Of a DNA stretch of 64,000 nucleotides, positions 8,475-19,700 are shown piece after piece (positions within the stretch are counted from its first letter, which is position 1; each line of letters begins with the position of its first letter). This stretch comes from Bacteroidales bacterium. GTDB taxonomy: Bacteria > Bacteroidota > Bacteroidia > Bacteroidales > GWA2-32-17. The stretch covers positions 3,406-67,405 of the forward strand of contig DAOOWN010000001.1 of the NCBI GenBank assembly GCA_035371305.1, in the 5' to 3' direction. The notes below the pieces were generated by a model. That model was given only the letters and a program-made list of their open reading frames with translations, was not told the origin of the DNA and made no database searches. Both the position numbers and the translations under genes were made by a program.

Positions 8475-9275
8475 ATGAAACAACCATTAGCATATATTCA
8501 TCCTGAAGCAAAAATTGCTGATAATGTTATAATAGATCCTTTTGTAACGATCGAAAAAAATGTCGAAATTGGTGAGGGTACTTGGATTGGGTCAAATGCT
8601 GTGATTATGGAAGGAGCCCGCATTGGTAAAAATTGTAAAATTTATCCGGGAGCAATAATATCTGCAGTGCCTCAGGATTTGAAATTTACGGGTGAAGAAA
8701 CGGTTGCCATTATTGGCGATAATACAATGATTAGAGAGTTTGTTACAATAAATAGAGGTACAAAAGCAAGCTATAAAACGGTTGTCGGTGACAATTGTTT
8801 ATTAATGGCTTATGTTCATGTAGCACACGATTGTATTGTAGGTAATAACTGCATTTTAGCAAATAACACTACTTTAGCCGGTCACGTAGAAATTGACGAC
8901 TACGCAAATTTAGGCGGTTTGGTTGCCGTTCACCAATTTGTAAAGATTGGTTCTCATTGCTATATTTCGGGTGGTGGTTTAGTTCGCAAAGATGTACCTC
9001 CTTTTGTTAAGGCTGCTCGTGAACCGCTGAGTTATGTTGGTGTTAATTCTATCGGTTTAAGAAGGAGAAATTATACTAACGAGCAAATTCAGCAGATTCA
9101 AGAAGTGTATCGCTATTTGTATCTTAGAAATTTGAATATTTCTCAAGCATTAGAATACATAGAAAAAGAATTGCCGGCATCCAAAGAACGTGATGACATA
9201 ATTATGTTTATTCGCAATTCTACCAGAGGTATCATGAGAGGATATACAACCGGTAGATCTAACGGAGAATTTTAA
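8475..9275 (+). CDS. lpxA: Acyl-ACP--UDP-GlcNAc O-acyltransferase
   Basis: Left-handed beta-helix hexapeptide repeats, IHP.A.I, the HVAHDC motif and a C-terminal helical domain. Length 266 aa, directly after lpxC-fabZ. Confidence 0.93.
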   Translation: MKQPLAYIHPEAKIADNVIIDPFVTIEKNVEIGEGTWIGSNAVIMEGARIGKNCKIYPGAIISAVPQDLKFTGEETVAIIGDNTMIREFVTINRGTKASYKTVVGDNCLLMAYVHVAHDCIVGNNCILANNTTLAGHVEIDDYANLGGLVAVHQFVKIGSHCYISGGGLVRKDVPPFVKAAREPLSYVGVNSIGLRRRNYTNEQIQQIQEVYRYLYLRNLNISQALEYIEKELPASKERDDIIMFIRNSTRGIMRGYTTGRSNGEF

Positions 9276-9279
9276 TAAA

Positions 9280-10188
9280 ATGATGAAAATTCCATTGACA
9301 AGGCAAGTTAAAGAATATGCTCTGTCGTTGGGATTTAATGATGTAGGAATTTCCTTGCCGGAAATTAAACAAAAAGATTACGAAGCTTTAATAACTTATT
9401 TAGATCGCCATTACCATGGTAAAATGGCTTTTTTAAATGAAAAAACAGAGAGAAGAAGAAATATTTCTATGCTCTACCCGGAAGCAAAATCATTGATAAT
9501 GGTTTTAGCTTCGTATGCTCCAGCTATCATGTCGAATCGTTCGCGATACAAAATTTCGTATTATACTTATTCCCATGACTATCATAAAGTAATTAAATCC
9601 AAGTTACAAGATTTATTGAGATTTATTAAAAATGTCGATAGCCATGCAGATGGTATGATTTTTTGCGATACACTTCCAATATTTGAAAAATCGTATGCGG
9701 CTGCAGCAGGATTGGGGTGGATTGGGAAAAATGGTTTACTTATAAATCCAATATATGGTTCGTATTGTGTTATTGGCGGAATCGCTTTAAATATAGAACT
9801 AAGCCCCGATAAACCAATACAACAAAAGTGTCCTGAAAATTGTAACAAATGCATCGATGCATGTCCTACCAAAGCTTTAATTAAACCTTATATACTCGAT
9901 GCTTCACGTTGTGTTTCATATTTAACCGTAGAAAATAAAGAGGATAAAATGCCATTTGAAAATCCTACTTCGTACATTGCCGGTTGCGATATTTGCCAAA
10001 AAGTATGCCCGTATAATAATAGAGCTGTGCATTCCCAAAATGTGTTTTTTACTCCACAAAGCCATGTTTATTGGACAGATAATGAATGGGAGACACTTAC
10101 AACTTCTACTTTTAAAAAACAGTTAAGCGGAACTTCTCTCAGTCGAATTGGACTGAAAACATTACGAAGAAATATCAAATTAATTTAA
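9280..10188 (+). CDS. queG: tRNA epoxyqueuosine(34) reductase
   Basis: Two ferredoxin-type clusters (CPENCNKCIDACP, CDICQKVCP) and GLGWIGKNGLLI. N-terminal region resembles QueG. Confidence 0.85.
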   Translation: MMKIPLTRQVKEYALSLGFNDVGISLPEIKQKDYEALITYLDRHYHGKMAFLNEKTERRRNISMLYPEAKSLIMVLASYAPAIMSNRSRYKISYYTYSHDYHKVIKSKLQDLLRFIKNVDSHADGMIFCDTLPIFEKSYAAAAGLGWIGKNGLLINPIYGSYCVIGGIALNIELSPDKPIQQKCPENCNKCIDACPTKALIKPYILDASRCVSYLTVENKEDKMPFENPTSYIAGCDICQKVCPYNNRAVHSQNVFFTPQSHVYWTDNEWETLTTSTFKKQLSGTSLSRIGLKTLRRNIKLI

Positions 10189-11862
10189 ACTTTTGTTTTT
10201 ATTTGCTTCTTGCAATATTTCATTCTTCAAATATTGAAGTTTGATGTTTTGGGGATTTAATTCGATGGCTCTGTTAATGCTTTCTATAGCTTGCTTGTAA
10301 TTATTTTGCTTATATTCTATAAATGCTTTGTTAATCCATCCATCAACATAGTTAGGGTTTAATATAATGCTGCATGTAATATCGTTTAAGGCTTCTAATG
10401 GTTTTTTCAATTGAATCAATGTCAAGGAACGATTGCTATAGGCTTTAAAATTGGATGAGTCGCAACGAATAGCCTCTGAAAAATTAAAATAAGCACTATC
10501 AAATTTCTTAAGATAGGCATAAGCAAGTCCTCTGTTGAGGTATAAATTGGAATTATCTTGTTTGATTTTAATGGCTTTTGAAAAATCACGAATGGCTTCA
10601 TTGTATTTTTTTTCGGAAAGAGAAACCCTTCCTCTGTTACCCCATCCTGAAACTACTTCGGGTTGCCTATTAATTAAATAGGTATAAAACTGTTGACTGT
10701 TTTTCCATTGCGAAATGGTATAGTACGATGAACCAAAAAGAAGAGTTAAAAAGATGATAACGGAACTCCATACCCAACCCTTTTTAACATTATTGACGAT
10801 CAATGACCAAAAGGCTATAGCCAATCCAATGATAGGAAGAATCATATGTCTGTCGGCTGCAATATAGTTGCCATAAGGAATGGGAAAAAATTTAAGCAGC
10901 GGGAAAATGCTGATAAAATAAAACAATAGACCGGCAATAAACAATCGATTTCTTTTAAAATACTTAAAAATAAGCCAAATACATAAAATAAAGAGCACAG
11001 GGAAAAACCAATATGAGCTAACAGGATTTTGAGGATAAGAATAATAGGGCGAAAACCAAAAAGGAATAAGCGTTTTATAAACATAGAAAAAGACATTTCT
11101 AAATCCGGTGAATAAATAATCTGGAAGACGATGGGGATGTGTCCTTTCAAAATTTGCTGGAACATGAAAATAGAACATCGCAATTAAAAAAACGACACCT
11201 ATTATTAAATAAGGTATTTTTTCTTTTATACTAGAGCGGTTAAACTTGCGATTTTTTATATAATCTATAACAAATAGCAAGCCTATCATAGGCAAACCTT
11301 GCGATTTAGAAAAAAGACTGAAAATAAAAAACAGGCAGCTATACAGAAGAAACCGTTTTTCTTTGTATTCAATATATTCTAAATAGTAAATCAGTGATGG
11401 GATAAGGAAAAACATAAAAAGCAAATTCTTTCTTTCAGAAATCCACACTACCGATTCGACATTAAACGGGTGAAGAACAAAAAATAAGCTAATAAAAGCA
11501 GCTGCCCAATTGTTTCTGAGAAGCTTATATATAAAAATAAATAAAAATAGACCAATAAAAATAAGCAAAAACAGGTTTGTTATTCTAAAAAAAACTGCTT
11601 TGCCATGTCCTAATGAATAATCAATAGCCAAACTAATAAGAGTAAAGGGGTGATAGTGGTTGTCGAAACTCCGGGTAAACATTGCTTTTAAATTGGTGAA
11701 ACTCAAACTATGAATGATTGGATGTTGTGTATAAGAATATCCGGCATTGTCCCAATATAAAAGATGAGGAAACTTTAACGATTGTCCGTATAAAACAATG
11801 ATTATGAGAATAATTAATATTAATGCTTTTTTGCTCATGGCGTTTAAATCAATTTCTCTCAA
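10180..11862 (-). CDS. Polytopic membrane protein with C-terminal TPR repeats (TMTC/DUF1736-like putative glycosyltransferase)
   Basis: About 10 predicted TM helices, HPFTLISLAIDYSLG.. motif, then about 5 TPR units (..AIRDFSKAIKI.., ..AIESINRAIELNP). The real start may be MSKKAL (11838). Confidence 0.7.
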   Translation of the reverse strand: MREIDLNAMSKKALILIILIIIVLYGQSLKFPHLLYWDNAGYSYTQHPIIHSLSFTNLKAMFTRSFDNHYHPFTLISLAIDYSLGHGKAVFFRITNLFLLIFIGLFLFIFIYKLLRNNWAAAFISLFFVLHPFNVESVVWISERKNLLFMFFLIPSLIYYLEYIEYKEKRFLLYSCLFFIFSLFSKSQGLPMIGLLFVIDYIKNRKFNRSSIKEKIPYLIIGVVFLIAMFYFHVPANFERTHPHRLPDYLFTGFRNVFFYVYKTLIPFWFSPYYSYPQNPVSSYWFFPVLFILCIWLIFKYFKRNRLFIAGLLFYFISIFPLLKFFPIPYGNYIAADRHMILPIIGLAIAFWSLIVNNVKKGWVWSSVIIFLTLLFGSSYYTISQWKNSQQFYTYLINRQPEVVSGWGNRGRVSLSEKKYNEAIRDFSKAIKIKQDNSNLYLNRGLAYAYLKKFDSAYFNFSEAIRCDSSNFKAYSNRSLTLIQLKKPLEALNDITCSIILNPNYVDGWINKAFIEYKQNNYKQAIESINRAIELNPQNIKLQYLKNEILQEANKNKSLN

Positions 11863-11956
11863 AAGTAAAATTTATTTGTGAGATCCAAAACAAGAAAATA
11901 TTTGAATAAAAATGAATTATATTCAGAAAAAATTTGCAAGTATCAAAAAGTCAAAC

Positions 11957-11964
11957 TATATTTG
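11957..11964 (+). promoter_or_regulatory. Candidate -7 box (TATATTTG)
   Basis: Exact TAnnTTTG, 25 nt upstream of the ATG at 11990. Confidence 0.4.
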
Positions 11965-11989
11965 AAGCATATTAACCAATTAAAAACAA

Positions 11990-12859
11990 ATGCGTATGAA
12001 AAAAATGTTACTTTTTGTTTCTGCATGCTTTATTAGCATGAATTTTCTAATTGCTCAACCTACGATTCCCAACAATGGATTTGAAACATGGACAGATACC
12101 ATTACTCCCGGTAGTTGGGGAACTTCCAATTTGAGTTTAGGTTTCTTTTCGTTTGCACCGGTTACTCAAACTACAGACATGCATACCGGTTCGTATGCTA
12201 TGAAATTAAAAACCATCAATGCTACATTAATAGGGATGTTACCAGGTATTGCCGTAACAGGTTCTTTTGATATGTTAACTGGTATAACAGGTGGAGTTCC
12301 AATGAATGTAAAACCTGAATCTTTTTCAGGTTGGTTTAAATATAATAATGTTAATGGTGACACGATGGCCATTATCGTTATTATGACAAAATGGAATGGT
12401 ACTTCGCGTGATACTATCGGTATAGGCGGTGTAATGACCAACCAAACCGTTAGTGCTTATACTCCATTTAATCAACCCATTCAATACGATCCTCCTACAG
12501 TTGTTCCCGATACATTCCAGGTTATTTGTGTTTCATCTGCAGGGTATGCACCTCAGGAAAATTCAACCTTATATGTTGACGATCTAAGTTTTGTAGGAAC
12601 CTTGGGCGAAAAAATGCCGTTGGCAATGTTTATGCAAAAAGTATATCCAAATCCAAGCGATGGCTTATTTAACTTAACGTTAGCTGATAATGAGGTATAT
12701 ACTGTTAATGTATATAATATGATGGGTCAAAAGATTTACGAAAAACACAACGTAGTAAATCAACAACTTATTGACATTAAGGGTTATCCCAACGGAATTT
12801 ATTATATTGAAGTAAGCAATGGGGAATATAAACGTTCGCATAAAGTAACGATTCAATAA
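11990..12859 (+). CDS. T9SS cargo: PCMD-like beta-sandwich protein with type-A C-terminal sorting domain
   Basis: Signal peptide, then QPTIPNNGFETW.. (the N-terminus recalls PCMD/glycan-binding jelly rolls). C-terminus KVYPNPSDGLFNL...YPNGIYYIEV...KVTIQ is a T9SS CTD. Confidence 0.65.
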   Translation: MRMKKMLLFVSACFISMNFLIAQPTIPNNGFETWTDTITPGSWGTSNLSLGFFSFAPVTQTTDMHTGSYAMKLKTINATLIGMLPGIAVTGSFDMLTGITGGVPMNVKPESFSGWFKYNNVNGDTMAIIVIMTKWNGTSRDTIGIGGVMTNQTVSAYTPFNQPIQYDPPTVVPDTFQVICVSSAGYAPQENSTLYVDDLSFVGTLGEKMPLAMFMQKVYPNPSDGLFNLTLADNEVYTVNVYNMMGQKIYEKHNVVNQQLIDIKGYPNGIYYIEVSNGEYKRSHKVTIQ

Positions 12860-12884
12860 ATACGAATTTATAATCAATAAAAAT

Positions 12885-12917
12885 AAAAGCTGCTATAAAG
12901 CAGCTTTTATTTTTTTA
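12885..12917 (+). terminator. Rho-independent terminator
   Basis: AAAAGCTGC-TATAAA-GCAGCTTTT hairpin followed by ATTTTTTT. Confidence 0.75.
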
Positions 12918-13083
12918 CTCAAAACGGATTGATTTTTATGGGTTTTTGCAACTTTTTTTCGAAAAATTTAGTCATTTAAAAAGAATATTGTCATTTTAAA
13001 TAAAAATATTTATATTTACACGCTTGTTAAAAGGTGTTAAAGAATTTTTAAATAAATGTTAAATAAATAATAATCAAATTATT

Positions 13084-16000
13084 ATGTTGCGAAGGTTAGT
13101 TTTAGTTTGTGTTGGTTTGCTGATGACAGCAACCATTTTTGCCCAATCGGGAACACTACAAGGTAAGGTTATCGATGCCACTACAGGCGAGGCAATTGCT
13201 TTTGCCAATGTGTCTATAGAGGCTAATGGTCAGGTAGTTACGGGCGGTATGACAGATTTTGACGGTAAATTTGTTATTAAACCTATTCCTGCAGGAACGT
13301 ATGATGTAAAAGCATCGTATGTAGGTTATCATCCTTTACAATATAAGGGGGTAAAAATTATGGCAGGAAAAATTACCTTCCAAGACTTTAGAATTTCTCC
13401 GGCAGTTCAACAATTGCAAGAAGTCGAAGTTAAAGAATATAAAGTGCCATTAATTAGCAAAGACCAGACTCAATCCGGTGGAAGTGTTACCGACAAGGAA
13501 ATTGCAAAAATGCCCGGACGTTCTGCAGAAGCAGTTGCAACAACCGTAGGCGGTGTATATAGCGAACGTGGTGAAGTTGGTAGTATTCGTGGTGCACGTG
13601 CCGAAGCAACAGTGTATATTATAGACGGAGTTAAAGTACGTGGTACCTCAGCTTTACCCAAGTCAGCTACAGCTCAAGTTGACGTTATTATGGGTGGTAT
13701 CCCCGCTAAATATGGTGATGTAACCGGTGGTATTATTAGTATTACAACAAAAGAACCTTCGCGTGAAACCCATGGATCCATTGAAGTTTCTACATCAAAA
13801 TTTTTAGATCCTTATGGCTATTTTTTAGCAGAAGGAAGTCTTACAGGACCCCTTTTCTCTAAAAAATATAAAGATCCATACGATTCAACAAAAACAAAAA
13901 AAGATGTTAAAGCCGGATATTTTTTAACGGCATCATTTAATAGCGAAATAGATGGAGCTCCATCTGTTATTGATTGGTGGAAAGCAAAAGATGGCGTTGT
14001 TGATAATTTATTAGCTAACCCATACAGGACCAGCGAAAGTGGTTTTGGAACGATATTAAATGCCAATTATTTAAGAAGTGAAAATTTTGAAAAAGTAAAA
14101 GCTCGTTCCGATGTTAATTCAAAACAAATGATGTTGCAAGGAAAAATTGATTATAAACTTTCTAAAAATGTAGGTTTAACTATAGGAGCTACTTACGATC
14201 ATCAACAAGCTCGTTTATTTAGCTATGCCAATACCTTATTTAATAGTAATAACAATGGCGAATCTATTGACAACACCATGCGTGGATTTATTCGATTAAC
14301 ACAAAAATTCCAAAGCAACGACGAAAAAGAAAATGCAACAGCTTTAATCAAAAATGCATATTATCAAATTCAGTTAGATTATAGCAAATTTAATGAGATT
14401 GTTCAAGATCCACGTCATAAAGATAATTTATTCAATTATGGTTATGTAGGGAAATTTAATACCACCCAAGAAAGGTCATATTCATATACTGATACCATTC
14501 AAGGATTTTCTTCAGGTGTATGGCAACACGATGGTTTTAGAGATTTGAAATATGCTTATACTCCATCCGATATAAATCCGGATTTGGCTGCTTATACCAA
14601 TTACTATTATTCGTTATATGATCCGAATAGCTTCATGTATTCTAACTCTGTATTGGTAGAAGCTGGCGGTGGTTTGCTGAATGGTCAAGCTCCTATTTCT
14701 GTTTACGGACTTTATACAGCTCCCGGTACACCTTACAATACCTATTATAAATTAGACCAACAACAATATAGAATTTCTGCAAACGGTTCGGCAGACGTAA
14801 AAGACCATGAAATATCATTAGGTTTTGAATTCGAACAACGTGATGACCGTTATTTTGGTGTAAGCCCAATGGCTTTGTGGACATATGGACGTGCATTTAC
14901 CAATGCGCATATTCTTGAATTGGATAAATCGAACCCTCATTTAGTATATGATGCCAATGGCGTTTTCCAGGATACAATTTGGTATGACCGTCTATATTCA
15001 GGTGCTACTCAATACCAATTCGACCAAAAATTACGTGAAGCTTTAGGTATGCCTGTTAATGGTACCAATTGGATTGACTTTGATTCGTACGATCCATCTA
15101 TTTATAAAATCGATTTCTTTAGTGCAGATGAATTATTAAATAATGGTAATAATATTGTAACCTATTATGGCTACGATGCTCATGGAAAGAAAATTTCAGG
15201 AAAACCAACCTTAAACGATTTCTTAACCAAAAAAGATGAAAATGGCCGTTATTTAAGAGAAATTCCTTCTTTCCAACCTATTTATGGTGCTGCTTATATT
15301 CAGGACAAATTTGCATTTAACGACCTTATATTTAATATAGGTGTTCGTGTTGACCGTTTCGATGCTAACCAAATGGTGTTAAAAGATCCGTTCTCATTGT
15401 ACGAAACAAAAAAACTAAGCGAAGTGCCCGGTTCATTAAATCCAAATGGAGCACACCCCGGTAATATGCCTTCAGATGCAGTGGTTTATGCAGATAATAC
15501 CGATAATCCTTCAAAAATATTAGGTTACAGAGTCGGTAACTCGATGCAGGATGCAAAATGGTATGATGCAAACGGAACACAAGTTAATGACCCCTCGTTA
15601 ATTCAGTCTTCTAATGGCATGGCACCCATTTTAGCCGATCCTCAAGCAGGCATGACAGTAAAAGCATTTAAAGATTACGATCCACAAATAAACGTAATGC
15701 CACGTGTTGCATTTTCATTCCCAATTTCTGACGTTGCATTGTTTTTTGCACACTACGACATTCTTACAAAACGTCCCAGTGGCTATGTTCGTATGAATCC
15801 CATCGAATACCTATATATTATTAATCAAGCATCGGATGCAATTAATAACCCCGATTTAAAAACCGAAAAAACCATTGATTATGAGTTGGGGTTCCAACAA
15901 AAATTGTCCAACACATCGTCGTTAAAACTTTCTGTTTTTTATCGTGAAATGCGCGATATGATTCAAGTTCAATATATTAATGGTGCTTACCCGGTTCGTT

Positions 16001-16719
16001 ATATGACCTATACTAATATTGACTTTGGAACAGTTAAAGGATTAACTGTTGGCTATGACTTACGTAGAACCGGAAACGTTACGTTGCGTATAAACTATAC
16101 ACTTCAATTTGCTAATGGTACCGGCTCAAATGCTGAAACAAGCAAGGCACTTATACAAACAGGACAACCTAATTTAAGAGCAACCATCCCCTTAGACTTT
16201 GACCAACGCCACGCTATTAGCGGTAACCTCGATTATCGTTTCTTAAGCGGACCTGCATATAATGGTCCTAAGTGGTTCGGTATGGACTTCTTGCAAAATA
16301 CAGGTGCAAACTTTACAATTAACTATGGTACAGGTAGCCCATATAGTAAACGCGATTTAAATACGGGATATTTAGTAGGTTCGCTCAATGGTGCTCGTAA
16401 ACCTGCTCGTTTTACTATAAATATGCGTGTTGATAAAGATATAGAATTAAAATACGGCGCAGAAAAGAATAAAACAGCCGGCTTAAATGTGTACCTCGAA
16501 GTAAATAATTTGTTGAACAACAAAGGTATTCTTAATGTATATGGAACAACAGGCAACCCTGATGACGATGGGTATTTAACGAATGCAAAAAATCAAGTTA
16601 CAATCGAATCTCAAAACGACCCCACTGCTTACAGAAACTATTACAGTATGTACATCAATTATCCATATAATTACTCATTTGCCAGAACAATTCGCTTAGG
16701 TGTTATGTTTAGTTTTTAA
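13084..16719 (+). CDS. Oversized TonB-dependent-receptor-like outer-membrane barrel (CarboxypepD_reg-like + Plug + barrel), 1211 aa
   Basis: Signal peptide. GTLQGKVIDATTGEAIAFANV...DGKFVIKPIPAGTYDVKASYVGY is the carboxypeptidase-regulatory-like fold. The plug is MPGRSAEAVATTVGGV...SIRGARAEATVYIIDGVKV. A long beta-rich region ends ..RTIRLGVMFSF (terminal aromatic OMP signature). Confidence 0.85.
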   Translation: MLRRLVLVCVGLLMTATIFAQSGTLQGKVIDATTGEAIAFANVSIEANGQVVTGGMTDFDGKFVIKPIPAGTYDVKASYVGYHPLQYKGVKIMAGKITFQDFRISPAVQQLQEVEVKEYKVPLISKDQTQSGGSVTDKEIAKMPGRSAEAVATTVGGVYSERGEVGSIRGARAEATVYIIDGVKVRGTSALPKSATAQVDVIMGGIPAKYGDVTGGIISITTKEPSRETHGSIEVSTSKFLDPYGYFLAEGSLTGPLFSKKYKDPYDSTKTKKDVKAGYFLTASFNSEIDGAPSVIDWWKAKDGVVDNLLANPYRTSESGFGTILNANYLRSENFEKVKARSDVNSKQMMLQGKIDYKLSKNVGLTIGATYDHQQARLFSYANTLFNSNNNGESIDNTMRGFIRLTQKFQSNDEKENATALIKNAYYQIQLDYSKFNEIVQDPRHKDNLFNYGYVGKFNTTQERSYSYTDTIQGFSSGVWQHDGFRDLKYAYTPSDINPDLAAYTNYYYSLYDPNSFMYSNSVLVEAGGGLLNGQAPISVYGLYTAPGTPYNTYYKLDQQQYRISANGSADVKDHEISLGFEFEQRDDRYFGVSPMALWTYGRAFTNAHILELDKSNPHLVYDANGVFQDTIWYDRLYSGATQYQFDQKLREALGMPVNGTNWIDFDSYDPSIYKIDFFSADELLNNGNNIVTYYGYDAHGKKISGKPTLNDFLTKKDENGRYLREIPSFQPIYGAAYIQDKFAFNDLIFNIGVRVDRFDANQMVLKDPFSLYETKKLSEVPGSLNPNGAHPGNMPSDAVVYADNTDNPSKILGYRVGNSMQDAKWYDANGTQVNDPSLIQSSNGMAPILADPQAGMTVKAFKDYDPQINVMPRVAFSFPISDVALFFAHYDILTKRPSGYVRMNPIEYLYIINQASDAINNPDLKTEKTIDYELGFQQKLSNTSSLKLSVFYREMRDMIQVQYINGAYPVRYMTYTNIDFGTVKGLTVGYDLRRTGNVTLRINYTLQFANGTGSNAETSKALIQTGQPNLRATIPLDFDQRHAISGNLDYRFLSGPAYNGPKWFGMDFLQNTGANFTINYGTGSPYSKRDLNTGYLVGSLNGARKPARFTINMRVDKDIELKYGAEKNKTAGLNVYLEVNNLLNNKGILNVYGTTGNPDDDGYLTNAKNQVTIESQNDPTAYRNYYSMYINYPYNYSFARTIRLGVMFSF

Positions 16720-16749
16720 TTTAAATACAGAAAATAAAAGAATTATTAT

Positions 16750-19700
16750 ATGAAACAGTCCAGAAAAATTCAAGTGTTGTTGTTTGCAAGTTTGCTGATA
16801 AGCAGTTATACATTTGCATACAAATACATCGGTGGAAGTAAAAATACCGAAGGCGAAAAGTCGTTAGCCGCTGGTTGCGTAACACCCGGTGGAAGAACTA
16901 TTTTTGAATACAATAATATTCGTACCATGATATTTACAGGTGGTGATATGTGGTGGGATTTGTTAGGCAATCCTTATTACGAAATTCCAAAATATAGCGG
17001 CAAACATGCATTGTTTGCAGGTGCTATTTGGATTGGAGGTACGGATGTTAACGGTCAATTACGTGTTTCGGCTGCTCGCTACAGACAAGTAGGTCAAGAT
17101 TATTTTACCGGACCATTAAAAGCATTCGGTAGCGACAAAGGAAATACAACATCCGAAATGTGTACCAAATACGATAAGCATTTTCCGGTTACGAAAGATG
17201 AAGTAATACGATTCCGTTCATGGTGGAGAGCTGTACAATCAAATAATACACAATTATTGCAAGATGTATATGCCGGATACGAAGTGCCGGATGATATTAA
17301 GAATTGGCCGGGCAACAATACCGAACCTGACTATATGCCAACATTAGCTCCATTTTGGGATGAAAATGAAGATGGAATATATAATCCGGACGATGGTGAT
17401 TATCCATTTTATGATTTAGATAAAATTGTTCCGTGCGGTACAACTCCAGATAAACGTCGTCCTCGTTTGTATGGAGATGCTACTTTGTGGTGGGTATATA
17501 ACGATCGTGGTAATATTCATACCGAGTCAAAAGGTGCAAGTATAGGGATGGAAATACAAGCTCAATATTTTGCTTTCGCAACCAACGATGAACTCAACAA
17601 TATGACTTTTGGAAATTATGCACTTATCAATCGTTCAACCTATACTTTACAAGATACCTATTTTGGTGTTTGGACCGATGCAGATTTAGGAGATCATGCA
17701 GATGACTATGTAGGTACCGATGTGAACAGAGGTTTAGGATATTTATATAATGGTGACGAAATGGATGGAGACGGAAATGGAAAAACATATGGAACACAGC
17801 CTCCGGCAATAGGAGTTGACTTTTTTGAAGGTCCGTATCAAGATCCGGATGGAAGAGATAATTTATCGAACTGGGTATATAATTCGGCAACTGGTAAAAA
17901 AGAATTAAATTGTTCGGCTGCTCCTTTATCTGAAGGAAGTATCAATGGTTTGAATTTTAACGATGGTGTAATCGATGATGAACGTTGGGGAATGCGTCGT
18001 TTCTTATATTTTACTAATGGAGCTTCTACAACTGGAGACCCCGAAAAAGCAATAGAATATTACCGAATGTTAAGAGGTTACTGGAAACATGGTACTCGTA
18101 TGACGTACGGTGGAACAGGCTATTTAAGCAGCCAAACTCCGGCAGATTTTATGTTTCCGGATGATACAGACCCATGTGGATGGGGGACCTCCGGAATTCC
18201 ACAAGCTTCATGGAAAGAAACTCAAGCACCGGGTGATAGACGATTTGTACAATCAGCAGGACCGTTTACCCTGTTACCGGGTGCAACTAACGATATTACT
18301 GTTGGTATGGTATGGGCACGTGCTACACAAGGCGGTGCCTGGGCATCGGTAAGTGAAGTTAGAAGAGCAGATGATAAGGCACAACGTTTGTTTGAGGTTT
18401 GCTTTAAAATTGTTGATGCTCCCAATGCTCCCGAATTACAAATTGTTGAATTAGATAAAGAATTGATTTTCCATATTTATAATATTAAGGGATCAAACAA
18501 TTATTTGAATACCAGCGAAGATTATGTTGAAGAAGATCCATTTATTGTTTGTCCAAATAATCAACCCAATTGTGATACAAAATATCGTTTTCAGGGGTAT
18601 CAAGTTTATCAGTTAAAAGATAAATCAAGTTCAATAAACGACATTAACGATATTAGTAAAGCTCGTTTAGTATTCCAATGCGATATTAAAGACAGCGTGT
18701 CAAGAATTGTTAATTTTGAATACGATAACCAAATTGGATATTCTGTGCCTAAAGTAAAAGTAGAGGGTGCAGATGCCGGTATTCAACATACTTTTAAATT
18801 AACAGAAGATGCTTTTGCAACCGGTGACAAGCGATTAATAAATCATAAGTCATATTATTACGTTGCTATTGCTTATGCATATAACAATTATAAGACATAT
18901 GATCCAAATGACCCGAGTAAATTAGACGGCCAAAAATTGCCATATTTACCAAGCCGTTCCGGATATGGTAAACCCATACAAATTTATTCTGCGATGCCTC
19001 ATACTCCTTCTCCGGCAAATAATGGAACAATTTTAAATGCATCGTATGGTTACGGACCAAAGATTATTCAATTAGACGGTCATGGAAATGGAAATAATGA
19101 GTTAAAACTAACACAAGCAACAATAAACACTATTTTAGCTTCTCCGCTTCATAAAACCGATTCCGTAGAATATGAAAATACATTTGGACCAATATCTGTA
19201 AAAGTTGTGGACCCGTTAAATATTCAACCAAACGATTTCATCTTAAAATTTATTCCGGATTCAACAACCATTAATTCAACAGAATTTACTGTTTCAAAAA
19301 CACGTTGGATGCTCTATAAAGCAAATAGTACACAAGCCAGTGATATAGTTTACTCCGAATCGGCCATTAGTATGCAAAATGAACAATTAATTCCCCAATG
19401 GGGCATTTCAATTACTATTACACAGGTTCCATGGCCATTAAAAGATGATTACAAATCGTTCCAAAATGGTTATATAAATAGTTCTATTTCGTATGAAAAT
19501 CCGATGGAACGTTGGGTTAATTTTATGCCAGATGTTGATGGTTGCGATTTTCCGAACTGGATTCGCTCCGGAACAGTTAATAACATGGATGACTTAAGCT
19601 GTAATGACTTCTTTATAGGTTCTTCTACACCCGACTCAAAATCGTTTTATGAAAAAGTAGTAGAGGGTACGTGGGCACCTTATGCCTTAGCAATGAAGGA

